A DNA stretch of 32,120 bases from Candidatus Bathyarchaeia archaeon (GCA_038883795.1 JAVZLK010000018.1:1-32120), one strand, 5' to 3'. Shown: positions 9,894-19,816, numbered from the stretch's first letter. Notes: generated by a model not told the origin, from the letters alone. Translations and numbers: made by a program.

Positions 9894-11813
9894 ATGAAAA
9901 TGAAGAGGAAAATTGTTTATGGAATAGTGCTCATGGCATTTTTGACTGGAATTTTAACGTTGCCAACAAATATTCAACAAGCCAAAGCATCAGACGGTTT
10001 CGGCTACATCTATATTAAAGCGGATGGAAGCATCGACCCACCAGATGCGCCAATTTCGAAGGACGCTGCAAACGTTACTTACTCTTTAACAGCAGACATT
10101 GCCAACAAATCAATTATCATAGAAAGAGATAACATAATATTCGATGGCGGAGGTTTTAAACTCTCAGGTCCAGAAGAGGAAAACAAAATCGGGATAAATA
10201 TAACTAGTAGATACAATGTGACTATTACAAACACTCTTGTTGAAAAATTTGACACGGCCATATATGTGCGTTATTCAACTAAAATAAAAATTGAAGGAAA
10301 TAATGCCTCAAACAACAACTTCTACATTTAGGGACCACCGCCAGATTTTGAAATTCTTTTGTTTGGAACCGGAATTTCAGTTACGTATTCAAACGAAACC
10401 ATTATCTCCAACAATATCGCTTCAAACAACCTTTTTGGAATATCAGCGGGTCAATCAAATAATACGCAAATCATTAGCAATATCGCTTCAAACAACCATC
10501 GACTCGTGGACTCCACACATTATGGAACTGCAATTTCCATCGCTAACACCCGAAACAATACAGTGACAGGAAACACGGTTGCAGATAATGGCATGGGAAT
10601 AAGTTTGTTAGGCCCTTCAGGCTCTAATAACACTATACATAACAACACGATTACTGGAACCTATAATAATGGAATTTATTTGGCTGGATCCCGCAATAAC
10701 ACAATAGTTGAAAATAAGGTTTTTTCAAATTTTTATGGAATTTATGTTTGCGATTACTCTCAAGGTAATACCATCATAAACAATAATATTTCTGCCAACT
10801 CTTACCGTGGAATTTACTTTGATCGCTCTACAAACAACTTCCTAATAGATAACATTCTTTTCAAGAATATTGATGGTATTGTATTTGAAAATAATGTAAA
10901 TAATAACATAATTCTACATAATACTATCTTAAACAGCTCCTCATTTGGAATTTATATTCGTAGCGACTCAAACAACAATATGGTTGTTGGCAACAATATT
11001 TCAAACAACGATCGGGGAATTCGATTTACCCAATCCAATAACAACACAATTTTCGGAAATATCATTTCATCAAACACAAATGATGGCTTAGTAATATACT
11101 ATTACTCTTCCAACAATAAAGTCATAGGCAACAATATAACATTAAACAATTATGGAATTTCGATAACTTATGGATGTTATAACAATAAAATTTTTCACAA
11201 CAACTTCGTAGACAATGCACAGCATGTTTTCACAAACATGAATAGTACATGGGATAATGGCTATCCGCCAGGCGGAAACTACTGGGATAATTATACAGGC
11301 GTGGACTTTAAATGGGGCATTACTCAAAATGAGACTGGAAGCGATGGAATAGGCGATACTGCATATAGCATTAATGAGAATAACACTGACTGTTATCCAC
11401 TTATGGGGCCAATAAACATTTTCGAAACTGGAATTTGGGACACAACAATTCAGTATGTGGACGTTATCAGCAACTCCACAGTTTCAAACTTCCAAATAAA
11501 TATGACGGAAAAAGTCGTAAGCTTCAATGTCACAGGCGAAGCGGGCGCTGGTTTCTGCAGAGTGATAATTCCAAAAATTATCGTTGACATATTATGGTTA
11601 GGCAATTATGCAGTGCTTGTTAATGGAGTGCCAGTAGAGTTTAGAAACTGGACAGACTTGGAAAACGTATACCTTTACTTTGAATATCAGCATTCAGAAA
11701 AAGAAATAACAATAATGACAGAATTTCCATTCGCCGCAATTACGGCTATCCTAACGTTGACAACAACGCTCACGCTAATTCTAAGAAAAATTAGAAGAAA
11801 TGTTCATAATTAA
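9894..11813 (+). pseudogene. Secreted NosD/CASH right-handed beta-helix protein with PEF-CTERM-like anchor, interrupted by one in-frame TAG (10329-10331)
   Basis: ORFs 9894..10331 and 10359..11813 are in the same frame with only TAG between them. Signal peptide, IYIKADGSIDP, Asn-ladder repeats, WDNGYPPGGNYW, C-terminal TEFP-TM-basic tail. Confidence 0.8.
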
Positions 11814-11845
11814 AAATGTGCCCTTTTTGGGCGAAATCCTCCTTT

Positions 11846-11861
11846 CCTTTTTATAAAAAGG
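11846..11861. repeat. Perfect 16-bp palindrome CCTTTTTATAAAAAGG in intergenic region
   Basis: Seen directly; follows a GCCC-TTTTT-GGGC hairpin and a pyrimidine tract downstream of the NosD gene. Terminator or operator role uncertain. Confidence 0.4.
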
Positions 11862-11934
11862 ATTGATGACTGAAAGTTTCCAAAATTTTAAATGATTATT
11901 GCGTTAAGAGGAAATTTAAGCGGAGTGGAACGTT

Positions 11935-13254
11935 ATGGAAAATTTGAGGAAAATAGTTATAGCTCAACTCTTAATAATTGGTTTGTTGTTGGCAATTTTA
12001 GTTTATGTGTTTTCAAAACCAGCCACTAATCCAATTGCGGCAAGTTATTTGGTTTGGCGGGAAGGAAGCGAGTATTATGCGGCTAACGCTTCGGGGATTA
12101 GGTTTAGCGGGAAAAATGCAAGCCAAGTAATCCAGTCAGCCATAGACTCTTTAACAGCGGGTAGGACATGGAAGGAAAAAATAATATTGAAAGGCGACTT
12201 CACAATTTTAAACACCATAATTGTAAGGTCATACACTATTCTTGAGTTTCAAGGAAAAATAACAGTTGCAGACAACGCCAACATAGACGCAGCGATAAAA
12301 TCCGAAGGCTTTGATGAGTTGGCTGGCACAAACTCGACTGGCGGGGTTGTCGAGGTGGAAATTGTTGGTTTAAAACTTGATGGAAACCATGCATGCAGTT
12401 TTGGTTTAAAGCTTTATGGAAGAAAACTAACGTTAAGGGATGCAAACATTTACTATTGCAAGGAAGATGGCATATGGACAGAATGGAGCACCAACCCAGA
12501 CGTCACTAATCCAGAAGATGCAATGGAAGGAATCTTCTCAAACATACGCTCATGCTTCAACGGTGGGAGAGGATGGCGAATGCTTGGACCCCACGACAGT
12601 TACCTAACAGACATCTTCCTATACTGCAATCGCCTTGTGGGTTTTGCATGCTGGGGAGGAGGTGGATGCCAAGGAGTAAACTTGCACGCTTATGGAAATG
12701 GGCAGGCTGGCTTTTACATTGACGCCCCAGTCATATTCCACAATATTGTCTCAGAAACTAACGGTCAAAGCGGCGTTATAGTTTTACATAATGACGTATA
12801 TTTGGATGGAGTATTCTTCCACAACGGCAGATACGGAATTGAAATGGGCAATGCACAACGCTCTCCGGCTGGATGTTATATTCGAGGAAAAACATTAGAC
12901 AACCAAGAAGCTGGATTAGGATTAATAAATGGAAGCATAAACCGTTACGAGCTTCACACGTGGGAGAAAACCACAATTTCTGGAAAATTAAATGCAAATG
13001 ACAAATATGACATTTATAATACTAAAAATGGCGAAAGAAGCCAAAACAGTGGAACCGCCATAATACCCGCTGGAGAAACAAGCGTAACCGTGCCGCATTC
13101 GCTTATATGGATTCCAAAAATAGTTGTTGTCACAGGCAGAGACCGCGAAACCACATGCACTTACGTAAGCACAAGAAACGAAACCCACATAACCATCACA
13201 GTGCCAACCCCAGTCACAGCAGACAGAGAAGTCGACTGGTATGCAGAAATTTAA
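11935..13254 (+). CDS. Membrane-anchored pectate-lyase-like beta-helix protein resembling a viral tailspike
   Basis: N-terminal TM, ASQVIQSAIDSL cap helix, GLKLDGN, beta-helix repeats, C-terminal NSGTAIIPAGETSVTVPHSL...VDWYAEI domain. Confidence 0.65.
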   Translation: MENLRKIVIAQLLIIGLLLAILVYVFSKPATNPIAASYLVWREGSEYYAANASGIRFSGKNASQVIQSAIDSLTAGRTWKEKIILKGDFTILNTIIVRSYTILEFQGKITVADNANIDAAIKSEGFDELAGTNSTGGVVEVEIVGLKLDGNHACSFGLKLYGRKLTLRDANIYYCKEDGIWTEWSTNPDVTNPEDAMEGIFSNIRSCFNGGRGWRMLGPHDSYLTDIFLYCNRLVGFACWGGGGCQGVNLHAYGNGQAGFYIDAPVIFHNIVSETNGQSGVIVLHNDVYLDGVFFHNGRYGIEMGNAQRSPAGCYIRGKTLDNQEAGLGLINGSINRYELHTWEKTTISGKLNANDKYDIYNTKNGERSQNSGTAIIPAGETSVTVPHSLIWIPKIVVVTGRDRETTCTYVSTRNETHITITVPTPVTADREVDWYAEI

Positions 13255-13305
13255 AGCTGGAATAAGCGACTGTTGCCTTTTGGGCTTAAGAAAGAAAGAG
13301 GGGCT

Positions 13306-14154
13306 TTAGAGGGTAAAGTCGCCTGGATAATTATCGTACAATTGCGGTTGCGAATCTGGTTGCTCTGCTATCACGCGTGGATAAGCATAGGCATGTGCTG
13401 TTTCAACAGAACTTGCCCTATTATCTAATAGGGCTTCATCCACGAAGTAGTAGCCCCATAAAGTGTTGCCCAACAATAAATAATCCCAGCCGTACTGGTC
13501 GGCTTTACAAGCTGAGGCTATAACTCTCCCTGTTCCCTGCAAATCGTCATCATCATCGAACATTCCGCCTGAATGGCATGAGCCAAACATTAGCGCAAAT
13601 TTCGTGCTTTCAATGGCTGCAAACTTTTGTTTAAACCAGCCGTCCGGCAACCCATAAAAGTCGTAGGTCACAATCATCTCATCATAACCATCAGATTCAA
13701 CATCACTATCCCAACCATCCGAGTCTGGTGCCCTGTAGCCGTGACCACTATAGAAGAATACTACCTCGTCTCCAGCCTTCTCGTTGGCAATTAGCCAATT
13801 GATTGCATTTACAATGGCTGATGCTGTGGCTGCCTTATTAGTTAACAGTTTTACATTAGATTTCGGATAACCCATCTGCCGCGTTAACTCAGTATACATT
13901 TCCTTAGCATCTTCGTCTGGATGCCATAGGTCAGAACCAGTTCCTTGATAATCGGCAATGCCAATAATAACAGCCCATTTAGAACCCGCGGCGGGTTTAG
14001 GCAAAGCTGTAAGAGGCTCAATAAGTGATGAAAATGGCTCGTTAAACTTCATTGGACGTATATAGCTAAGACGCAGAGGAGAAGCAGATGCTGATGGCGC
14101 AAAGATAGCGACAAAAAATGTTGCTAACAATAGAACAGATAGCAATTTTTTCAT
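13306..14154 (-). CDS. Secreted caspase-family (C14) peptidase
   Basis: Signal peptide (ASA), KWAVIIGIADY, catalytic YSGHG and GSCHSG, VIASACKADQ. Confidence 0.88.
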   Translation of the reverse strand: MKKLLSVLLLATFFVAIFAPSASASPLRLSYIRPMKFNEPFSSLIEPLTALPKPAAGSKWAVIIGIADYQGTGSDLWHPDEDAKEMYTELTRQMGYPKSNVKLLTNKAATASAIVNAINWLIANEKAGDEVVFFYSGHGYRAPDSDGWDSDVESDGYDEMIVTYDFYGLPDGWFKQKFAAIESTKFALMFGSCHSGGMFDDDDDLQGTGRVIASACKADQYGWDYLLLGNTLWGYYFVDEALLDNRASSVETAHAYAYPRVIAEQPDSQPQLYDNYPGDFTL

Positions 14155-14287
14155 AATTTTCCCTTAGTTAAAATTAGCAGAAAGATTATTAAGAGTTATG
14201 GAAAACGTTTCTATGTAAGGAGAATTCAAAAAGGTTATATGTTGCTAATGCTATTTTGGTGTATTTGCGGGTGCAATGTGATGAAAG

Positions 14288-17200
14288 GTGACCGCCAAAT
14301 TCCAAGCTAACTCTGAAAAATGGCTTACTACGGATTATCGCCCGCTAGAAATTGAAAAAGAAATACGCGAATTCTGGAAAAAGAATCAAATTCAAAAGAA
14401 ACTAATGGAGTTTAGAGAGAAAAATAACATTGGTTTTTCAGGTTGGGTTGAAGGACCACCCACATTGAATGGCATACCCCATGTTGGACACGCTCGCGGC
14501 AGAGTAATGAAGGATTTGCGTTTTCGATGGAAAACTATGCAGGGCTATTTTATGCCCTTCTGGGCTGGATGGGACTGTCAAGGCTTGCCCGTGGAGCTTG
14601 AAGTTGAAAAACTTTTAGGTGTAAAAAACAAGCGCGAATTATTGGAGAGAGTGGGCGAAGAACTCTTCATAGAAGAATGTAAGAAGGCTATTATGAAATA
14701 TCATAAGGAATGGGTTGAAGCAGACGAAAAGCTTGGCATATTCATAGACCAGGAAAGGGCTTACTGGACATACAAGGACGAGTACATAGAGCGGGAATGG
14801 CAATACCTAAAACGTGCCTGGGAACAAGGCTTACTAGAAGAGGGTTATTATGTTGTTGCCTATTGTCCAGGCTGCCAAACAAGCCTAAGCAGCGCAGAGG
14901 TGGGCTACGAAGACTCTTATAGAGAGGTTGAAGACCCATCGCTTTATTTCAAATTTAAAGTGGCTGACAGCGAGAACGAGTATTTCCTAGTTTGGACAAC
15001 AATGCCCTTCACAATAGTAACGGACACGCTTTTGGCTGTGCATCCAGAAGCCGAGTACGCTAAAGTTAGGGTTGGCGAAGAAATCTGGATAATGGTTGCC
15101 CAGCGTGTCGACGCAGTTATGCAAGAATTAGGAATAGAAAAATATGAAGTAATCGGAACAGTTACAGGCAAAAGCCTCGAAGGAACACGGTATGAGTATC
15201 CTCTCAAAGACATGGTTCCAAAACTGGCAGAACTAGAAAAAATGCACGAGTTAGTACATAGGGTTGTATGCGAAGACTTTGTTGACGTGAACACAGCCAC
15301 AGGCGTGGTGCATCAGTCTCCTGGAAACGGTGAAGAAGACTTTTTCGCCGCACAAAAGCGTGGCGTACCAATATTTGCACCCTTCGACGACGAAGTAAGA
15401 TTTACGGCTGATGCTGGAGCTTTTCAGGGCATATTTGCACGAGACGCAGACCAAATGGTTATCGAAGAACTTCGAAGGAGAGGCTTGCTAGTTAAAGCTG
15501 AAACAATAAAACATGAATACCCCACATGCTGGCGTTCGCATCATAAATTGGTTTGGCTTGCAAGAAGGGAATACTTCCTAAGAACAGACAAAATAAATAG
15601 GAAAGTTGTGGAAGCAGCAGAAAAAGTTGAATACTTCTTCGAAGGTCCAAAGAACCGTTTTCTCTCCTTCCTTAAAGAGGGCAAGCCATGGTGCATATCA
15701 AGAGAGCGTGTCTGGGGCACGCCATTACCAATATGGAAATGCGAAAAATGCGGAGCCAAAACCTTTGTGGCGAGCAAAAAAGAATTATTTGAAAAAGCCA
15801 TGGAAAAGCCTGAAGGCTATTTTGAACTCCATAAGCCTTGGGTGGACCGCATAACAATAAAATGCGAAAAATGCGGCGGAACAATGCGCAGAGAACCCTT
15901 CGTCTTAGACACTTGGCACAACAGTGGAGCCTCGCCCTATGCAAGATTTACAGACGAAGAATTTGCAAAATATGTGCCCACAGACTTCCTAACAGAAGGA
16001 ATAGACCAAACAAGGGGTTGGGCAAATTCGCTTCTCTTAGAGCATGTGATATTAACTGGCAAGGCTGAAGCCCCCTACAAGGCTTTCCTATTTCAAGGTT
16101 TAGCCCAAGATGCAAAGGGCAGAAAAATGAGCAAAAGCCTTGGAAACGTTATAGAAGCTAATAGGCTTTTGGAGAAGTATTCGGCAGACGTTTGCAGATT
16201 CTACATGCTAAGAAAATGCTCCCCAGTAGACTTCATAAACTTCGACGTTCAAGAATTAAACCGTCGCCCATACCAAGTGCTTTCTACACTTTATCATTTA
16301 AACAGGTTCTTCGTGCAAAACGCCGAATATGATGGCTTCAACCCCCAAAAGCATACATTAAAATGGGCTATGGAAGAGAAACAACTTAAAAATCCAGAGT
16401 TTTGGCTTTTATCAAAACTTCAAAACGCCATAGGAGAGTACACTTCGCGATTGGAAAAATGCGAGTTCAACTTCGCCCTTGCAACCTTAGAGGATTACGT
16501 CATAGAAACATTAAGCAGACTTTATGTGCCAATGGTTCGGAAGGAATTATGGACGGACGACCCACAAACTTTGAACAGACGATTAGCCATATACGCAACC
16601 CTATGGCATGCCCTAAAAACACTTACGCTTCTCTTTAACCCAGTAACGCCATACTTAAGCGAAGCTCTATACCAAAAAATCTACAAAAAACTTGACCCAA
16701 CACTGCCAGAATCCGTAAACTTTGAAAGCTGGCCAAAACCAGACGAAAAATTGTTAAACAAAACTTTAGAAGAAGATTTTCAGACGTTATTTAAGTGCGT
16801 TTCAATGGTTTATTCCGTTAGACAATCAGCCAAACTAAAGAGAAGATGGCCCCTCCGCAGAGCAGTGGTTGTGGCTCCGGAAAAAATTTGCGAAACCCTC
16901 AAAAACTTTGAAGCATTATTCCTTGAACTTGCAAACGTAAAAACAGCAGAATACGCAGAAGAACCTCCAGAATACACTTCCTCAAGCGGTTGGGCTTCCA
17001 CATCAGAAGACAACATAAAAGTCTTTCTGGACATCCAACGAGACGAAAGCTTAATCGGCGAAGGTTTAATGCGGGACATAGCCAGAAGAGTCCAATCCCT
17101 AAGAAAAGAGCTGGGTTATGTGCCAACAGACGTTTTAGAAGCAGTTCACATAGCCGAACTGGACAAGGAAAGCATTACGCTGTTAAGGCCATATTTGAGG

Positions 17201-17320
17201 GAAATGGAGGAGCTTGTCAGAACCAAAAGCGTGCACATTCATGAAAGACGCGAAGAAATCGCAGTTAAGTGGCATGAGCACCAATTGGATGACAAGAAGG
17301 TTTACTTGGCTATTTCTTAA
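14288..17320 (+). CDS. ileS: Isoleucyl-tRNA synthetase
   Basis: EGPP...PHVGH (HIGH), GWDCQGLPVE, WTTMP editing motif, WCISRER, EGIDQTRGW, KMSKS. Confidence 0.97.
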   Translation: MTAKFQANSEKWLTTDYRPLEIEKEIREFWKKNQIQKKLMEFREKNNIGFSGWVEGPPTLNGIPHVGHARGRVMKDLRFRWKTMQGYFMPFWAGWDCQGLPVELEVEKLLGVKNKRELLERVGEELFIEECKKAIMKYHKEWVEADEKLGIFIDQERAYWTYKDEYIEREWQYLKRAWEQGLLEEGYYVVAYCPGCQTSLSSAEVGYEDSYREVEDPSLYFKFKVADSENEYFLVWTTMPFTIVTDTLLAVHPEAEYAKVRVGEEIWIMVAQRVDAVMQELGIEKYEVIGTVTGKSLEGTRYEYPLKDMVPKLAELEKMHELVHRVVCEDFVDVNTATGVVHQSPGNGEEDFFAAQKRGVPIFAPFDDEVRFTADAGAFQGIFARDADQMVIEELRRRGLLVKAETIKHEYPTCWRSHHKLVWLARREYFLRTDKINRKVVEAAEKVEYFFEGPKNRFLSFLKEGKPWCISRERVWGTPLPIWKCEKCGAKTFVASKKELFEKAMEKPEGYFELHKPWVDRITIKCEKCGGTMRREPFVLDTWHNSGASPYARFTDEEFAKYVPTDFLTEGIDQTRGWANSLLLEHVILTGKAEAPYKAFLFQGLAQDAKGRKMSKSLGNVIEANRLLEKYSADVCRFYMLRKCSPVDFINFDVQELNRRPYQVLSTLYHLNRFFVQNAEYDGFNPQKHTLKWAMEEKQLKNPEFWLLSKLQNAIGEYTSRLEKCEFNFALATLEDYVIETLSRLYVPMVRKELWTDDPQTLNRRLAIYATLWHALKTLTLLFNPVTPYLSEALYQKIYKKLDPTLPESVNFESWPKPDEKLLNKTLEEDFQTLFKCVSMVYSVRQSAKLKRRWPLRRAVVVAPEKICETLKNFEALFLELANVKTAEYAEEPPEYTSSSGWASTSEDNIKVFLDIQRDESLIGEGLMRDIARRVQSLRKELGYVPTDVLEAVHIAELDKESITLLRPYLREMEELVRTKSVHIHERREEIAVKWHEHQLDDKKVYLAIS

Positions 17321-18240
17321 CTATGTTTACAACATTTAAGATGAATAACCCTAATCTTGTCTGTTCCTTGGAAGGGAGTGCCATCAAAGAAATTGCCAGT
17401 AAGCGTCAAAGAAACTTTTATAGACTTTTTGTTGCAAGCCGTTTCATTCAAAGACGCTTTTATCAGCTCGATAACTTCTGTTCTGTTAAATTTCAAGACA
17501 ATCAAATTCCAACGCTTACAAATTGCATAATGCCTTTGGTCAGCGGACACGGTTCCATTTAACAATATTGTTGAAACATCCACATCACTTACATTGTATT
17601 CTTTTGGCACCCTAACTATAGCAGTAATCCACCTTCCCTTGCTCTTAAGGTTCAGCGTTCTAGGACAAAAATGCACGCAAACATTCACAGGCGTTAGGGC
17701 GGCAATGACAAAATCTTGAAAGTCCGCATCGCCCAAACTCCACAGGTCCTCCCAAGCAATTATATATCCAGACCCCTTCGGATTCACAAAAACAAATGCG
17801 TGATCTTTTCCATCCGCGTTCCGCCAAGCCTCAGTATAGAAATAGCCTTCTGGCGACCCCAAGCAAAAGCCAAAGGCTTCTTCAGCCAAGAAATATGCTG
17901 TGTCATTAACGGTGTTTTCTCCAAGAAACAAAAGATTCAGCTGCCCATCACTTACCAAATACCAGCTTAAATTATTCATAGGCGCATAACCAGCAATTTC
18001 AGCCAAAAAACTAATCCTATAATATCCAGCCGCAAAAACTTCAATCCCAGTCTCATCCCTCGTAACGTTAATGGAATAACCATGCTCATCAAACCATTCC
18101 TGCAGGGTTGACTCGCCATAAATCGTTGAACCCATTGGAGACGCATCAACAACAGGGCTAACTGTTAAGCCAGAGCCAAACAACTCAAAAAGAACCATAA
18201 CTACCAAAAATGAGCAGCAAGTCAACAGGAATTTTCTCAT
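17317..18240 (-). CDS. Secreted protein with DUF4114-like domain and C-terminal PxTLNLKSKG domain
   Basis: Signal-like MRKFLLTCC, AWEDLWSLGDADFQD, PRTLNLKSKGRWIT. Start moved to ATG 18240 because the track start runs into the tRNA upstream region. Confidence 0.65.
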   Translation of the reverse strand: MRKFLLTCCSFLVVMVLFELFGSGLTVSPVVDASPMGSTIYGESTLQEWFDEHGYSINVTRDETGIEVFAAGYYRISFLAEIAGYAPMNNLSWYLVSDGQLNLLFLGENTVNDTAYFLAEEAFGFCLGSPEGYFYTEAWRNADGKDHAFVFVNPKGSGYIIAWEDLWSLGDADFQDFVIAALTPVNVCVHFCPRTLNLKSKGRWITAIVRVPKEYNVSDVDVSTILLNGTVSADQRHYAICKRWNLIVLKFNRTEVIELIKASLNETACNKKSIKVSLTLTGNFFDGTPFQGTDKIRVIHLKCCKHS

Positions 18241-18369
18241 TTTCGCCTTCTCCAACATAAAATTTGTGTAGATAAATAAAAACACAAATGGAATAATATT
18301 ACAGAAGAACCCTCTATACGCATATGTTATCAGAAACCCTAAAATCAACCAAAATATCATTCCTTAAAT

Positions 18370-18460
18370 GGGCCGGTAGATCAGTCTGGTATGATCGCCG
18401 CCTTCGCATGCAAAATGCCAAAAAAGGCGGAAGCCGCGGGTTCAAATCCCGCCCGGTCCA
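18370..18460 (+). tRNA. trnA: tRNA-Ala(CGC) with 16-nt intron at 37/38 (18409-18424)
   Basis: Acceptor GGGCCGG/CCGGTCC with G3:U70, anticodon stem CCGCC/GGCGG, T-arm GCGGG-TTCAAAT-CCCGC, BHB motif; CCA not encoded. Confidence 0.93.
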
Positions 18461-18487
18461 CAAATCTTTCATATTAAAATAAATAAC

Positions 18488-18800
18488 TTGAGGTTCAGAA
18501 CGTGGAAATTGAATGCTTTCCCAAACTTTCACATGAACAGCAGAAAGTTTTGCCAAAAAATTATTGTCCCCCCAATTGAAGGAATGTATTCTATCCATGA
18601 CAAACATCCAGAAGGTATCATCTACATATATGTAGGTTACTGTGATTGGAAAAAGAACTTTGACTATTGCTTAAAAGAATTTATTTGACAATTTTCCATG
18701 AAGCCATGCACATTATAGTTCCAGAAATAGAAGACTATATTCCCTACGCAGAAAAATACTTGCAGACATTCTTTACAGAAAGTCTAAAAGAAAGTAATTG
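18488..18800 (+). pseudogene. Frameshifted small zincin-like (HExxH) protein remnant
   Basis: Frame 1 ...IIYIYVGYCDWKKNFDYCLKEFI* joins frame 2 LTIFHEAMHII... by a 1-nt shift near 18683. Confidence 0.45.
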
Positions 18801-18804
18801 GATG

Positions 18805-18880
18805 CGGGCCCGGTGGGATTTGAACCCACGTTCTCCGGCTCCGAAGGCCGACGCCTTAATCCGTGCTGGGCTACGGGCCC
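18805..18880 (-). tRNA. trnR: tRNA-Arg(TCG)
   Basis: Reverse complement GGGCCCGTAGCCCAGCACGGATTAAGGCGTCGGCCT-TCG-GAGCCGGAGAACGTGGGTTCAAATCCCACCGGGCCCG folds into a cloverleaf. Confidence 0.95.
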
Positions 18881-18962
18881 TTCATGAAAAGACATTAGCC
18901 TGTAAACGATTAAAAGGCTTCGGAAAATCCTTAAAAATGGTTGTTGTTTATATTTTGTTGTT

Positions 18963-19037
18963 GGGCCGGTAGCTCAGCTTGGTTGGAGCGTTCGGCTGAT
19001 AACCGAAAGGTCGAGAGTTCAAATCTCTCCCGGCCCA
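18963..19037 (+). tRNA. trnI: tRNA-Ile(GAT)
   Basis: GGGCCGG...TTCGG-CT-GAT-AA-CCGAA...GAGAG-TTCAAAT-CTCTC-CCGGCCC-A cloverleaf. Confidence 0.97.
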
Positions 19038-19066
19038 TTTTTGGATTCTTCTGGCCCACTGTAAGG

Positions 19067-19237
19067 TTATTTTTCTTTTTTCTTTTCTTCTTCTCCTTTA
19101 ACGCCTTTAACCAAGCCTTTTCAGACACCTTTAACTATTCCGAAGCCTTTCTTTACGCCTTTGCCTACAACTTCGCCTGTTTTTTCTGCTGCTTCTTCAA
19201 CTTTTCCCTTTTCTTCCTTCTTCTTTTTTTCACACAT
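19067..19237 (-). pseudogene. Small K/G/V-rich amphipathic protein with in-frame TGA at codon 39
   Basis: Not in the ORF track. GGAGGTGA RBS, then MCEKKKKEEKGKVEEAAEKTGEVVGKGVKKGFGIVKGV*KGLVKGVKGEEEKKKEK. Confidence 0.65.
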
Positions 19238-19372
19238 AAAAGTCACCTCCTATGGCTGGTGATACATTGTTTTGTTTATGTGTGCAGTTAAAACTTTCGA
19301 AATCGCTCTATCCTCTCGCAAGTTTTAAATGCATTTTGCAACATAAAAGTGGAAGTGGAATTGGTGACTTGT

Positions 19373-19810
19373 GTGCCAAAAGATGAAGAAATTTTGGAAG
19401 TTTTGAAGGAAATTAAGGCTTTGTTAGAACCTAAGCCAGCGCCGCCTGCACCGCCGCCGAAGAAGGGTTTGTGGAATGAGTTCATAGATTTTATTTCTAA
19501 GTATAAGGTGTTGGGTCTTGCTGTTGCTTTCATTATGGGTGTTTATGTTGGTCAAGTCGTCCAGTCGCTTGTTAAGGATTTGTTAATGCCGCTTATAGGT
19601 TTGGCAATTCCGGGACTTGGAAACCTATCTACCTTTAAGATTGCAGTCCCATCAACGGCTTTGGATGCTGAGGGGAAACCAATAGACCCTACATGGACAG
19701 GTCAATTGTTCGGTATCGGAAACTTTTTGGTGGCTATAATAACATTCATAATAGTAGCCTTCGTGATATTTCTGATAGTGAAGATTAGTAAGAAGTGGGG
19801 CATTGAATAG
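19373..19810 (+). CDS. mscL: MscL-family mechanosensitive channel
   Basis: EFIDFISKYKVLGLAVAFIMG, SLVKDLLMPLIG, GNFLVAIITFIIVAFVIFLIVK. GTG 19373 follows GGTGA. Confidence 0.88.
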   Translation: MPKDEEILEVLKEIKALLEPKPAPPAPPPKKGLWNEFIDFISKYKVLGLAVAFIMGVYVGQVVQSLVKDLLMPLIGLAIPGLGNLSTFKIAVPSTALDAEGKPIDPTWTGQLFGIGNFLVAIITFIIVAFVIFLIVKISKKWGIE

Positions 19811-19816
19811 GTATAA

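Noticed and set aside
19121-19123. Selenocysteine at the TGA of the small KGV protein
   Set aside because: Context predicts Gly, there is no redox motif, and no SECIS-like hairpin was seen.
18667-19291. ORFs 18667..18972 (3' part), 18931..19128 and 18941..19291
   Set aside because: They run through tRNA-Arg or tRNA-Ile, or are alternative frames of the small KGV gene.
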